Assembly (NCBI GenBank): GCA_951406725.2
Contig: OX597817.1
Location: 107,942,001-108,006,000 of the forward strand
Source of the DNA: Octopus vulgaris
Taxonomy: Eukaryota
DNA length: 64,000 bases
Direction of reading: 5' to 3'
Position numbers and translations under genes: made by a program. The notes below the pieces were generated by a model. The model searched no databases and had not been told where the DNA came from. It saw only the letters and a program-made list of their open reading frames with translations. Positions 27,806 to 42,927 of this stretch are shown here, one piece after another (the stretch's first letter is position 1; each line of letters starts with the position of its first letter).

Positions 27806-30800
27806 TTTTTTAAGCTGTACCCTACAACATATTTCATTTATTGTATTCTTTTACCGGATACTTATCTCTTGATGTTGGATTGTCTTCGTGTATAATGCTT
27901 GTTTGGATTGGCTCTGATAGAAAATTCCAGGCTTTTCTATTTCTTTCCCCATATCTTGGATAATTAGCCAGGAAAGAGTAGACAGTAACCATGACAACCG
28001 CGAGCCTTGCAGATCCTACCAAACGAGCGACATCGATGCTGTTGATATTCAAACTGAATTTCCGTCAGAATAAAAGTGGTCTCGAAGGAATTTCAGAAGG
28101 TGGCAAATATGGGGAGGAATGATTGATCGCTAATTTGGTTACGAATTTGTGGAGTGACTGGCAAAACAGACTAGAGCAGACGAGTAGTGACTGGTTCATG
28201 CGAGCAATGAAAAATGACATACATGTTGTTTGTCCGGAGGAAAAGAAATCACTGTTATAGCAACAGAAAAGACGCAGATATGAAACTGCAACTCTCTTAG
28301 ACTGGAAAATAAGATACGCTGGTGAATAAGTCTCTTCTGCTGGGTGGCCGAATGTGCTGTAGTATTATTGTATCGGCAGCAGCACCATCGCCCTAGATAT
28401 ATGAACAATGCTCGAATACAGTCGTACATGTGCAGCGACAGCAACTATTAGCGTAATTTGGTCGTATGTTGTTTATTCGTGGAAAGTGTGAGGCACAAAC
28501 TGCGTCCTTGATACATGTAATGAGTGTGCAATTATGCTACTGAATGAGACTGGGTTATCACTGTCCTCATTGAGAGAGGTTTTCGAGGTCTCTATTCATA
28601 GAAGCAGAGCAAATCTTGAATCGTCTAGATTGCAAGTAGATAACGCCTGTGTGTGAGTGTGTGCGTGTTGGCGCGTGCGCGTACATGTATGTGTGGAAGC
28701 GCAAGGTGGCATAAAAGGTTAAAGCATCTATATAGGAGTGCGTGCCTGCGCGCGCGTGTGTGTGTGTGTGTGTGTGTGTGCGTATGTGTGTGTGTGTGTG
28801 TGGGGGTGGGTGCTGGATATTTGCGTTATAATTGACTGTTAGAATATCATCAATATACATACGGAAGATTGTGGAAGCCCAGTCAAACTTTGGAGCACAG
28901 CAGAATTTTTAGAATATTAGTCGGTGTTAGTCAGAGAGAGGGAGACAGAAAGATAGAAAGAGAGAAAGAGAGAGAGAGCGAGTGTGTATGTGTGTGCGTG
29001 TGTGTGTGTGTGTGTGAGAGAGTGTGTGTGTGTGTGTATGTATGTGTGTGTGTGTGAGAGAGAGAGACAGGTGGGTCAGTACAGACTGCAGTGGAATAGT
29101 CTGACAGGGACTTCAATGGAGGAGTTTCTTGTGCAAATACGTTTCCGATTATTTTGCATATGTCTGGTGCATCGGTTTGCTTTTACATGGTTGAAAGACC
29201 ACTGGCATGTGACATGGGAAAACTAGTCTGTGGTAAATCTGCCTCTACAGAGTCTCTTCTACTTGTAGTGATAGATGGTCATGCAAATGTGGAAGAGATT
29301 CAAGAAAGGTGGGAATATAGAATGTATCATGTATATCAGAGTGGATATTGAGATAGAAGATGAGAAAATTGAGTTTTGCTTATTAGTAGATGAATATAAG
29401 ATCAAGGTTCAACAGATACCCACACGTAGTGTAGAGAAGAGTGAGTTGACCTTTTGGCAGAGAATGTTTTGGTGAAGAGAAAAGACTATAGTTTATTAGT
29501 TGGCGCTAGTACATCGATCACTGAGAGTAGTCCAGCTGGTGATCAGATTCCACGAGGAAGTAATTCGAAATTCTTTGCTGACTAGAGAGGTTTATGAATC
29601 ATGGACTATGAGAGACGGTTATACAGAATCCTCGAGACAGTTAATTGCACAGTGTCTTGTTACGTTACTAACAAGTTCAGAATTCTGCACTATCTGGCGG
29701 AAGACCTCTGGAAGGAAATACTTTCCACTGATATTTTCTGACAATCAGTGACACCACACAAAAGAAGTTTTTGTCGGAAGTAGCGACTTAATTTGAATGT
29801 TTCCACTAAAGTTAGTGGTGTTTGCAGCAGAGCTAACTCTGCTAAAGTTAGGTGTTGTTATTGTTGTTTTACCCCAAATCAGTCGTGATTAGTCAGACTT
29901 ATGATCAGAGGCATTTAAGCAGTACCTATTCTGTCTTTTACGGTATATGTTCAAGTTGTGTTTTTTCTTATTAGATTCAGTAGGTTGTGGTTTAAAGAAG
30001 ATTTGGCAGCTATTTCTTGCAGGTCGAGCCAACACAAAGAGGTTTCTTCATTGAGTCATAGACAGTAAAATCGCCGACATGTTATCCCTATCCTCCCCCC
30101 TCCCGAAAACTGTTAGGCTTCAGTGTTTTATCGAGGCATTAGTTTTGGGAAGTTTCTAAAAGGATTCTGATCCCTTTTCCATCTTTGGTCATTTACACAA
30201 GGCAATTTATCTTTCGCTGCTACTGTGGAAACTGCCTCTCGTAAGGCGGTTCTCTCAATTATAGTAATGAATGGGAAGAATGAAGTCAAAGAGATTATAA
30301 ATCTCTGACCTGCTGAATTGGAAAGGACGCCAACGCATGCAGATACAAGTAATGTGTTTTCATTTGTATGCATACAAGTGTAAATGAATGTGCATGTATT
30401 CATGAGAATGAGAGTATATGTGAATGTATGATTGCCCGTAAGTGCTTAATGAATGCTCGTATATGTGTAAGTGAAACTGTGCGTATGTGTGTGTGCGTGT
30501 GTGTGTGTGTGCGCGCGTGTGCATGTGCGTGTATGTTAAAGCACATCAATTACCATTTATTTTGTAATCTGTTTCTATCGAAACAAATCGTATGATATCA
30601 TGGCAATCGAAATAGAAGCTGTCTGGTTGATAAGCAGACAGTATAGCAATGGGTAAAGAATTGGCATCAGCTAACTAACTGTTGCTTGTATAACAACATT
30701 TATCTACAAACCCATTGTTTGCTATAATTTTTACTATCGACCTTATTTAATGTAATATTCTGACATTCGATCGGACAACTAGAATGGAGCAATGAGCACT

Positions 30801-31910
30801 CTGTCACCGACGAAACAAAGGGAAATGGGAAAACAATAAAAAGCAGTACAGAAACAATATATAAACAATATAAACAATACTACATTGATTAATAATAAAC
30901 AAATCTTTTGAAAAGCGGGATGAAAAAAAATATTTATCAAAAAGTTTCTTTCATTTCCTAACCTGTTAAAACTCATACTTTTCTTTCAGATCGTGTGGTG
31001 TGATAAGAATTGTAAAGTTTACCCACATTTTAGTGATGAGACTAAACTGTTTGTGGAAATGTGTAATAAATGTGTCTTTGTTTAAACGATCTCACTCGAC
31101 CTTGTGCTATACTTTTACATACTTTACTAAACACAAGGGTACTAGGTCGATCATCTGAACAGACGAGATCATCTGTGGGCTACCATAAATGTTCTTTTTT
31201 TTTCTACACATTTCAAGACCTTCTCGTCAAGGATATGAGTTAACATTACTTCTACTTCAAATCGTTTTCTGCCTCTTCTGAAAATTAGAAATACAGTAAT
31301 ACTACGAATTGTCAGCTTCAGATGGATAGAACTGAACTGTAATGGAAGAATTGTTGATTGGACCAAATTTAAGAAATAGGTTTCTATTTTAAATTTAAGA
31401 AATAGTTTCTACATAAGGCCCCTTATATGTCACATGACTCTGAGAACTATTAATGCAATAGGCGAGACATAGTGGAAACACATCAAGGAAACTAGTGCTG
31501 CCATGTGTTGGCAAGAACCCGCTCAAAAACGTGTTTGTTAAAGAAAAATACAATTGTAACATTTTGGGAATTCTCCAAAGAATGAGATCTGTTAGAGAAC
31601 TTACCTAATTTTTCAGGGGGTAGGTCGTTTGGGAGATATCTTTTTTTTTTTTTTTGCTTTTTTGTTCTAGTAGAAGTGGAAGCATAGATGTGAAAGCGGT
31701 ATCCGATTCTAGATCTCATCTAAGCTTTGTAGGGAGTAATCATAGCTCGAATATTATTTGTATATTATGGTCTTGAAAGTAACGGTTTGACTTTGGGGGG
31801 CAGATTTAGCGATATTATGAATTTTGGATCACCAAAAAGTACAACCAGAAATTTTGAGTCCTACTAATCATTTTTAGTGACTTCGAGGATTTTAGTTGCG
31901 TGTTATCCTA

Positions 31911-31954
<44 letters not shown>

Positions 31955-31980
31955 CTATATATATATATATATATATATAT

Positions 31981-32195
31981 AGTTAATCCAAACAAGAAAA
32001 CACAAAAAAAAAAACACACCAACGCGAGGACGTGGAACAAATAAAGTATTATTGGACGCTCAGGAAAGAAGGGAAGAAGGAGGGTTTAACGTTTCGAGCG
32101 GAGCTCTTCGTCGGAAACATAGAAGGAAAGATCCCGAGAAGGGAAGACAGAGGAAAAAAAATCGCTGGCGGTACTCACGAGGTCACATATTGAGA
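31981..32195 (-). mobile_element. Penelope-like pLTR fragment with minimal HHR (32084-32118)
   Basis: Reverse complement GTTT CCGACGA A GAGC TCC GCTC GAAA CG TTA AAC. 3' end abuts (TA)n; related to 40420-40550. Confidence 0.65.
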
Positions 32196-33003
32196 GAATA
32201 CAAATAAGAAAATGGGGGAGCAGATTCCTTTCAATCATCAACTTACAGATAATACCAATTCATATAATTTATTAACTAATTAAATAGGAAGATCCAAATC
32301 CAACAGAATAAAACAATATACATCAATAAGTAAGATAATACCATAAAAATATTACATATAAAATAGATCTTACAGCTGTTTCAGCCTGTAGATAAATTGG
32401 CAATTGTATGCATTTATGTATTAGCCTTTATGCAATTGTAAGCATTTATGTATTAGCCTTTTGGGTAATTCACTGGCAGTATATTGGATAACTGATATCC
32501 CATAGTGGGTTACACTCATAACCCCTATCTCACTTTGTACTATATATATATATATAGAGAGAGAGAGATGTATATACGAACATAAGTTTAAAGCAGTATA
32601 AAGATTAAAGAGAAAAAATACCTTAAATATTGACCCGCTCTCTTTTTCAGACACTTAGGAAGATTGCTGTAGACATTTGCTGCTTGAAAGACGACACATA
32701 CAAATTTATCCCAACCATAGCCGTACTTTAATGGCGTCTGCTGTAGCTGTGAAGTCTGGAGTTTTAGGGACAAAACTTATAATGATGGGATACATTTTAG
32801 AGAGAATTCTTTTAACGATGAGACACATTTTATTTGTTATGTTTTATACACTTTCCTTAATATATGACTCGTTTCAGTCCTGGTTAATTGCATTTAGAAT
32901 GTGCCATCATTATGAAATACCCAGTAACGAACTTATTTATGATCAAAGATATTTCCAACTGTAACTATGCCATTTTTATTCAGTGTATTTAGAATTAAAT
33001 ATG

Positions 33004-33201
33004 TTAATTTTTTAAAGAGAGTAAATTGCGATGCAAATAAATTTGGTTTCTAATTTTAACTACCAGACAGAGTGGAGTGGAAAATAATTCGCTCTCTGAC
33101 ATATATTTTTCTCTGTTTCTGAAATATTTTCTGCCCCCTGTATTGACTTGTATTGCTCTCTTGGCTATAACTTCACTGATCCAAATTATTTCAGCTGGCA
33201 T
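33004..33201 (-). pseudogene. Possible Penelope-like element GIY-YIG endonuclease C-terminal relic
   Basis: EIIW..EVIAKRAIQVNTGGRK...REKY...LHRN resembles the W.I..KA..Y..G.K.C.LC..EK...C.HRNK tail of PLE proteins. A GAAACAGCTGTA HHR remnant lies downstream at ~32370. Confidence 0.45.
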
Positions 33202-33293
33202 GCTCAGATATTGAAATCGAATGCGTGTGCCATCACACTTCTACAGCTTTAATTGTAAATATATATATGTATATACATCGTGACGTAATATTT

Positions 33294-33752
33294 GCCATTG
33301 AAATATGGCTAACCCCTAAGGGTGGATGCTACTGTAGTTTGTAGCCCCAGGAGGCCGCCGCCTTCAGCTTGCCATAGACACACTTTCCGTGCCCTATCAG
33401 TATTTGCAAAGGGAAGTCATCCTTCTCGTCTTCAATTTATGATACACACGGACTCGGGTATTGATCCGTCATTAGCGTGTGACAATCACAGTTGTCGATG
33501 AGAAGTAGATTTCCTTCACAAATACTTATACCTTTCTCCAGTATCGATAGACACTGATATCGAAAAAGTGTAAACAAGCAATAATAAATCTCGAGTCCGT
33601 GTGTATCATAAGTTGAAGACGGGACCGATGACTTCCCTTTGCAAATACTGATAGGGCACAGAAAGTGTATCACTAGCCAGCTGGAAATGTCTTCCTGGGG
33701 CTACAAGCTACAGTAGCATCCACCCTTAGGGGTTAGCCATATTTCAATGGCA
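33294..33752. mobile_element. Inverted repeat (~170-bp arms), distant relative of the 362-bp HHR family
   Basis: Arms 33294-33463 and ~33585-33752. Shares GCCAT..ATATGGC and TAGC(C/T)CCA(G/T)GAGGCC.(C/T)CGCCT blocks with the 362-bp unit. HHR relic on minus at 33445-33481 (CACACG CTAATGA...GTC CGTGTG). Confidence 0.75.
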
Positions 33753-33774
33753 CGCATCCATTTCCAAGTAAGTT

Positions 33775-33916
<142 letters not shown>

Positions 33917-33928
33917 TTTAAATACTAG

Positions 33929-34161
33929 GGCGGTGATCTGATAGAATCGATAGCACGCCGGGCGAAATGCTTAGTGGTATTTCGTCTGCCGCTACGTTCT
34001 GAGTTCAAATTCCGCCGAGGTCGACTTTGTCTTTCATCCTTTCGGGGGTCGATTAAATAAGTACCAGTTACGCACTGGAGTCGATATAATCGACTTCATG
34101 CGTTTGTCTGTCCTTGTTTGTCCTCTCTGTGTTTAGCCTCTTGTGAGTAGTAAAGAAATAA
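33929..34161 (+). mobile_element. SINE family B with LINE-like tail
   Basis: Family consensus. Confidence 0.85.
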
Positions 34162-34193
34162 ATATATATATTTATATATACATAGACACACGT

Positions 34194-34230
<37 letters not shown>

Positions 34231-35429
34231 CGCGCGCGCGCACACATATGCTGAACTGGCTCATTAGTAGTGGATTATAGAACCGTACTTCATATGAGGA
34301 TATCACGAAAATGAAATAATAAATAGTTTCAAATTTTGGCACAGGGTCAACAGTTTTTGACTTCTCATTTTATCGACCCCGAAAAGGATGAAAAGCAAAG
34401 TCGACCTCGGCGGAATTTGAACTCAGAAAGTAAAGACAGACGAAATACCGCTTAAATTTTTTCCCGACGTGCGTACAGTGTGGCTAAACAAAATAGTGAC
34501 AATAAATAATGGAAGACTATATAAAAAAAGAAAGGAACGAAAAAATAAAAAATAACGTATGCATGATTATCAGATCAATCTAGCGAACTGGATTTAAAAG
34601 ATAAACTAGTTAGCATTTCTTATTTTAGAAATGCTATTTATATCGTTTTGATGGATTAAAGATAATTACCTAGACATTAATATGGGAATAAACTATATTG
34701 ATTTTTTAGCATTGGCGCAAGACTGTTGATTTGGGGCTGAGTAAATTTGATTGCATTTTCCTCAGTACTTGGCTATCAATTATTTTATTGACCATGAAAG
34801 TTAATCTTAGTCTTTTAGCATAATTTCATTCATTTAAGTTGCTTCATCAAAATATTAGATCGAATTAAGTATTTAACTGGTGTAACGAAAGGTTAAATAT
34901 GTCCCTGCGGGAACTGAACTCAGAATGTAGAGGTAAAGGGTAAAAAAACGTAACTGCTGGAATATCCCGCCACATGCCTGAAAGTTTGGTGTTGTACTAC
35001 TGACTCGTTGATACTGCCGCAATAACCTGGCACCGACCAAGCTTTCTGTCAGTCTTAATAATCATTTTTGATAACTATGTGGACTAGAACAACATAAAGC
35101 ATCTTGTCAAGAGATAAAACGCGCCTCCTGGGCCAGGAATCAAAAGCGCAATGTAACTACGAAGTCACTGCTTTATCAGAACGGAAAGAAATATGATTAA
35201 ATCACGTATATGTATTTTACCACTCTACGGATCTTGTCAATCACAACCATCATTAAGAGAATCGTCCAAACTGGTAAACAATAGAGACGGTATGTCTACG
35301 AAAAATGTCTCTTCAACTACGTAATGAAGGATTGTTGCTACGAAGTAGCAGCTTGAATCCAATTAAACGTCCGAAAGATATTTTATTGTTAAACCTAAAA
35401 TATTGATTTCAAATTTTGGCACAAATCGA

Positions 35430-35476
<47 letters not shown>

Positions 35477-35546
35477 AATAAATATACTTATATATATATA
35501 TATATATATATCGACTTATATATATATATATATAAATCGACTTATA

Positions 35547-35639
<93 letters not shown>

Positions 35640-35648
35640 GTGAGTTGA

Positions 35649-36110
35649 AGGCGGCAAGCTGGCAGAAACGTTAGCGCGCAGGGCTAAATGCTTAGTGGTA
35701 TTTCGTCTGTCGTTACGTTTGAGTTCAAATTTCGCCGAGGTCGACTTTGCCTTTCATCCTTTCGGGGTCGATAAATAAAGTAGCAGTTACGCACTGAGGT
35801 CGATGCAATCGACTTAATCCCTTTGTCTGTCTTTATTTGTCCCCTCTATGTTAAGCCCCTTGTGGCCAATAAAGAAATATATATATATCTGTGAGTATAT
35901 CTTTGTGTTTGTGTTTGTTCCCTCATCACCGCTTGACAACCAGTGCTGGTGTGTTTAAATCCCCGTAACATAGCGGTTCGGCAAAACAGGGCGATAGAAT
36001 AAATACTAGGCTCTTTAAAAATTATGTCCTGAGTCGATTTGTTCGACGAAAACCTTTCAAGGCGGCGCTCCAGTAAGGCTGCAGTCAAATGACTGAAACA
36101 AGTAAAAGTA
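35649..36110 (+). mobile_element. SINE family B (LINE-like tail) followed by SINE-A 3' half
   Basis: 35649-35879 and 35900-36110. Confidence 0.8.
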
Positions 36111-37475
36111 AAATACACACACACACACACACACACACATACACATTTTATCTTTTACTTGTCATGGACTGCGGTCATGTTGTGGCATCGTTCTGGAGTG
36201 TTTTACTCGAAAAAGTCGATCCAAGTACTTACTTCTTTAGTCTGATATTTATTCCATCAGTGTCTTTTGCCAAACCGCTAATTTACAGGGTCGTAAACAA
36301 GCCAACACCGGTTGGCCAGCGGTGGAGATGGGAACAAACGCAGGCACAAGTCACATGACTGCTTACCGGTTACATATCCATGACGTTTTGTACATTCATT
36401 TTCTCTGAAAATTATGATTATTATCATTATTACACAATCCTGAGCTTCCTGAAACAGCAATCGAGTTAGGAAGTTACATATTTTCCTCGTTTTATTTTAT
36501 ATTCTTTTTTTGTGCTCCATGTAAATATATTTATATGAACCCTAACTGTGTATATTTCCATTACGACTTCCATATCAGCTCGGTTTGAATTTCACTTATA
36601 GTCACTCTTAATGATACGACACCTTGTCCTGGACGAAAAATTTGGAGTTTAAGCTCAAATCCTTTTGAGCAAAAACACTAAAACAGCGGTGGTGGGGTGT
36701 GACAAAGACAAACACAAGACACACACATAGATATATACACACACATATCCACACCAAATCCACTCACAAGACTTTGGTCGGTCCGAAGCCATAGTAGAAG
36801 ACACTTGCCCAAGGTACCACCATGTGGTTGGGAAGCGAGCTTCTTACCACACTGTCACATCTGTGCCTAGATAAATATTACCTCATCGGTATTAATACTG
36901 TCTCTGTTGCTAATATATACTCTGCAAAAGGTTATAGTCACAACTCATCTTCCTCTCACTAAACCAAACATATAAATAAATAAATAACTCACTGCTTTTC
37001 TTTTCTCCATCCTATTTCCGCGTGCTCTATAATTACTCTAACTATAATTAACATTTAACGCCGTTTTGTTTGAAAACGAAGCTCTCCTAAACAGACGAAA
37101 CAATATCCACGTGGTCGTTTGATCTGGTAGAAGTAGCAGATAAATCTCTCTTTTTCTCCCTCTCTCTCTTTTTCTCTCTCTCTCTCTCAAATCCATACCA
37201 CTGTAAAAATGTGAAGGGCAGACAAAATAAGATCAGTACTTTCCGTAGGAGTAGGAGCCTATGAGGGTTAAAAGAAAGGAAACCAAATTGCGATGTTTTT
37301 TAAACTTGTCCAACATCATGACGAAGAAAGAGTTGTATTTTTATCATTTGTTTATCTTTTACTTGTTTCAGTCATTGGACTGCGGTTATACTGGTGCACA
37401 TACCTTGAAAGTTGAACGAATCGACCCCAGTACCTACACACATACACACACACACATATGTATGTATGTATACAT

Positions 37476-37839
<364 letters not shown>

Positions 37840-37939
37840 TCGGAAAGTATACGTTAGCTGCGTGATTATCTAAATTCCTATCTTATACTACTCACACACA
37901 TACACACACATATACATACACACACATACATACACATGC

Positions 37940-37978
<39 letters not shown>

Positions 37979-38763
37979 TACACACATACACACACGCGTA
38001 TGTATGTATGTGTGAATGTATGGGTTTCCTTTCAGCTTCCGTCTACCAGATCCATTCACAAGGCTTTGGTTGGTCAGCTTGAAGTTATAGTAGGAGAAAT
38101 TCGCCGAAGGGGTCACGTAGTGGAATAGAGACATGAACGCAGAACCATGTTGTTGGGAAACACATTTTACCTCACAGCAACGTCTGCGCTCCTATATTGA
38201 ATGCAATCTCTATTTCAGTGGAGGAACGTGGTTTTGTAACTTTATTTCTTTTTAACCAATCACTACTTCGTTTACTCATTAATAAAGACTAGAGAACAGA
38301 CAAAAAAAAAACATCACTAATAATTTTGTGGAGATTAAGGGTTTTGAATTTACAAATTTAATTTCTAAAGCATTAAATAATATAGAACTCCATGTCAGTA
38401 ACCAAAAAGAAACCGATCACAGCAGCCGGAATTTCATCACTGTTTTGTTCGGTTTTGGCTAACCTACGTACGGCCCAAGCAACACACCAATGAAATCTCG
38501 AACCCTTGTTTTTCCTAAATATCAAATCAAAATAAAGCAGCTACTAAATGCTGAGAATCTAACTGAACCACCCCGGAAAGCGATGTAATGCTATGCGGAA
38601 CTCAACCCACAGTTACATTTAAGGATACAATTAAGGAGTGGAGCTTACTCAGCTAGCACTAATTATGAACTTCCTCACCTTGTGTAATTCTTCCTCTGTA
38701 TGATCTTGAACTTACACTTTGTTATTTAAGACTCTCTTTCTCTCCATCTCTCTCTCTTTCTTC

Positions 38764-38839
<76 letters not shown>

Positions 38840-38906
38840 CCTATCTACATTATATACTTTCATCATACATACATACATACATACATACATACATACATAC
38901 ATACAT

Positions 38907-38985
<79 letters not shown>

Positions 38986-38986
38986 C

Positions 38987-39025
<39 letters not shown>

Positions 39026-39029
39026 TAAA

Positions 39030-39510
39030 TTTTTTTTCAGAATGAGATAAAGAAAACCAAGGCTGTGAAGATTTTAGAACATTTATAAAGAGAAGTTCTT
39101 ACACCTGTTTCAGGGATATTTTTTATATCCTTTCATCGGAGACGGTGTGAGAAAATGGTTAAGCAATAGTTAATTTAGATAAGATATGAAATAGAGAATG
39201 AAGTGGAGGATTGAAAATAGATGTGAGATATGCAGGGATATTGCATTTGTAGATCCAAATTTATATGTTTGGTTTAGTGAGAGGATCTACAAATGCAATA
39301 TCCCTGCATATCTCACATCTATTTTCATTCCTCTACCTCACTCTCTATTTCATATCTTATCTAAATTAACTATTGCTTAACCATTTTCTCATACCGTCTC
39401 CGATAAAAGGATATAAAAAATATCAAGGAAACATTTGTAAGACCTTCTACTTATAAATGTTCTAAAATCTTTACAGCCTTGGTATTTTTTTATCTCATTC
39501 TGAAAAAAAA
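39030..39510. mobile_element. Head-to-head inverted Penelope-like pLTR pair with HHR motifs
   Basis: Arms 39030-39256 and 39283-39510, 26-nt spacer. HHR on minus at 39095-39143 (GTCT CCGATGA AAGGATAT..ATATCCCT GAAAC AGGT GTA AGA); decayed HHR on plus at 39396-39443. Confidence 0.8.
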
Positions 39511-39709
39511 TATTTTTTATATATACACATCTTGATATATGACCTATGTTGGACTCCTTATTCGCATAATCACAGAACCTGGAGCTTAACTATAGTCTGT
39601 CCATAGCACTTACTCAGCATTACTTGACACCTTTGGGCCTTATTGACACCATACCTCTCATAACCTCCCTCCCTCCCCCCCTCTCTCTCTCTTTCTATAT
39701 ATATATATT

Positions 39710-39984
39710 CAGTGGCGGACTGGGTCTAAAAATATTGGTTGCCAGGAGACTACAATGTTATCATTTAATTTTTTTTATGTTAAAAATTAAAAGTATTCTT
39801 TTCAACTGTCTACAAACACAGCCAAGCTGAAATAATTAATGCATTCTTCCAGGAATGAATAAAAAATTCTCAAACTTGAAGGGATGGGCCCCTTAGATAC
39901 TAACATGGGCCTCCATATATGGATTCTAATGGCGCAGGGGCCCACTTGCCATCGGGCAAGCTGGTAACCTGGCCAGTCCACCAC

Positions 39985-39986
<2 letters not shown>
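39710..39986. mobile_element. MITE (hAT-like TIRs)
   Basis: TIRs CAGTGGCGGACTGG / CCAGTCCACCACTA; inserted in a TA tract. Confidence 0.65.
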
Positions 39987-40023
<37 letters not shown>

Positions 40024-40164
40024 TCCTTGGGATGACCAAGTTTAAATACCGCTGGATTTCACTCATAAGGTATTGGAATCTTACATTGTGTATAAACTCT
40101 ATATTTGGAAGGACCCATTTTAAATTCTGTTGGATTTTACTCAAGGTATTGCAATCTTACATGT

Positions 40165-40410
40165 ATACCGTTTTGCCTAAAAAATGGATCTACAACTTCA
40201 ATATCCTTACATATCTTACATCTATTTCCTTTCCTCCACCTCACTCTCTATTTTGTATCCTATCTAAACTAACTATTACTTAACCACCCTCTCACACCGT
40301 CTCCGACGAAGAGATATAATTAATAAATATCATGGAAACACCTGTAAGACCTTCTTTCTATAGATGTTCTAATATCTACGCAGCCTTGGTTTTTATCTCA
40401 TTAAGCAAAA
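40165..40410 (+). mobile_element. Third copy of the 39-kb pLTR family, with HHR motif at 40299-40350
   Basis: Colinear with 39283-39510; GTCT CCGACGA AGAGATAT...ATATCATG GAAAC ACCT GTA AGAC. Confidence 0.75.
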
Positions 40411-40421
40411 GAATTCTTGTA

Positions 40422-40459
40422 TCTTTCTGTAGAAGAGCGTTGGCTCGAAACGTAAAAGA
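40422..40459 (+). ncRNA. Minimal hammerhead motif (core CUGUAGA, probably mutated)
   Basis: TCTTT CTGTAGA A GAGC GTTG GCTC GAAA CG TA AAAGA. Confidence 0.6.
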
Positions 40460-40547
40460 CTTTTTCTATTCCTGAGCGCTATACTAATATATCTGTTTGT
40501 TTGTACACCACCTTCCTTCGTCTTTTGTTTATTTTCGTAAACTTTCC

Positions 40548-40600
<53 letters not shown>

Positions 40601-40606
40601 CATACT

Positions 40607-40676
<70 letters not shown>

Positions 40677-40780
40677 TAGCGATAGCGAAACCGGTCGATA
40701 TATTAAAAATTATATTAAAACTATGTAAGTGTGCGTATTTTCCTTTTTTAATTTCTTATATATATATATATACATATACA

Positions 40781-40871
<91 letters not shown>

Positions 40872-41127
40872 GTATAACATACATGCATATGCCTGCGTAT
40901 ATGTGTGTGTGTGCGCGTGCGTGTGTGTGTTTAAAAACTGTAGAAGAGTATAAGACTATTTGTGCATGTATTATTTTCGTTAGGTCTGGTGATTCTGACA
41001 GAGCGAACACTTGAATAAAATTACATATTCATGCACCCAGCCACACATCTCTTTTCTCTGTCTGTCTGTCTGTCTGTCTGTGTGACTGTCTGTCTATCTA
41101 TCTATCTGTAGATACAAATATGAACAC

Positions 41128-41214
<87 letters not shown>

Positions 41215-41612
41215 GTATATATATATATACATATACATACATTCATAGACACACATTCACACATGCACCAACACATACACAGAATTATGTATATAATATA
41301 TACACACACGGATACACGTACACATATATTATGAGAGCAGTGAATGCAAAATCAAGTAAAAAGAAAGGCAACGCAAGAGTGATAAGTTGTGAGTTGTAAG
41401 TTGGAAGGGTCAAATTTAGTTTAACACTACAAGGAAATGAAATGCCTTGACATTTTGGACACTAGTCCTTCGTCGAAAGAATACAAAAGAAAAGCGAAGA
41501 CTGAAAGTGAAAAGGTGGTTTGATGGAAAAGAGACACATACAAATGCACATACACAAAAATAAAACACATATAAACATGCGTGTGCGCGCACGCACACAC
41601 ATGCACACGTGT

Positions 41613-41658
<46 letters not shown>

Positions 41659-41700
41659 ATGTCAACACCTCAAATGTAAAATTGTATACTGTAAAATTCT

Positions 41701-41790
41701 TCTCTGAAGACGGATGCGGTGTTATCTGATAATGGATCCAAATAACTATCATTATTCCAGGCCACCAAACCTCCAGAAACAGGTGTAGGA
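41701..41790 (+). ncRNA. Decayed hammerhead motif with long stem II
   Basis: TCT CTGAAGA CGGA...TCCA GAAAC AGGT GTA GGA; a related relic lies on minus at 53722-53845. Confidence 0.55.
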
Positions 41791-42019
41791 CGTGTAAAAA
41801 TCTACCCATTTAACGCCTGATACTATTTATATTCTGTAAGTCGGACTATTTTATATCCATATGCATATTCATTTTTTTCTATTAAATGTATATAATATTC
41901 TGTGTAAATAAACTTGCCTAACTTGCTTGTCATTACATCTACTTATCTACCGACTCAAGTTCAAATGTCTTGAGCACTTCGAAGTGTATTCTATATAGAG
42001 AACACCGGTCTCTAATCTA

Positions 42020-42062
<43 letters not shown>

Positions 42063-42860
42063 TGTGTGTGTGTGTGTGTGTGTGAACACAGAGATTAAGT
42101 TTGTCTATCTTTTCTTTATGATGCTAATGCATAACCAATGATAACTCTTGTGACATTTTTGACCGAAGAAGTCTGGTTGTTTTTCAAGAGATATGTTCAT
42201 TCACCTGTAGTAGTTGTAATAGGAATAGCAGTAAAAGTTGGTTAATTGTAAAAATCTCTGATACGAAGAGCTTGTTTTTATTCAGAGTGTCTACACTGTC
42301 AGCCAAATTGTTAAAGTTTTATAATAGAAACTTCAAAGGGCAGAAGTTGAGTAATCAAAATATTAATGTCAATATTACGGATCTATAAAGTGTCAGAAAA
42401 TTCTCATTAGTCACTATGTGTTTATCGACCCAGTGAACATGAAATAAGTCATTCTTTATACTGTAAAAAACATTTTGTACCTGCTTCCTCAAGTGAATCG
42501 CTCATAACAAAATAAGCCATTTTAGAACAGACCTCCTTTTGTATATCGTGACTCAGGCTTTGCTAGGCTACTTCAGAAGATCAAAACCTTTTCCATCTCA
42601 GTCGTACAGGGTTAAACAAGCTGATTATGTCCTTGCTAGCAAAGGACATGCGAACATCCAATAATTTTTATTATTTATAATTTGTTTTCAACAAGACTTT
42701 GTCTCAGACTCTGTTGAAGGAGTGAACTAGACGTCAGATGAAATTTAAGGTTCTACATAAAATCTCGAAATGAGCAAGAAAGATAACTACAATCAGATCA
42801 AATAATTACATTTGTGGGGAAATATTGAAAATACCGCGTAAGAGTGGATCTGCTTTCAAA

Positions 42861-42927
<67 letters not shown>

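Noticed and set aside
27900-31720. Possible host exons in unique-looking sequence (for example ORFs 30128-30403 and 31169-31366)
   Set aside because: No recognisable protein similarity or consistent exon chain; RNA-seq would be needed.
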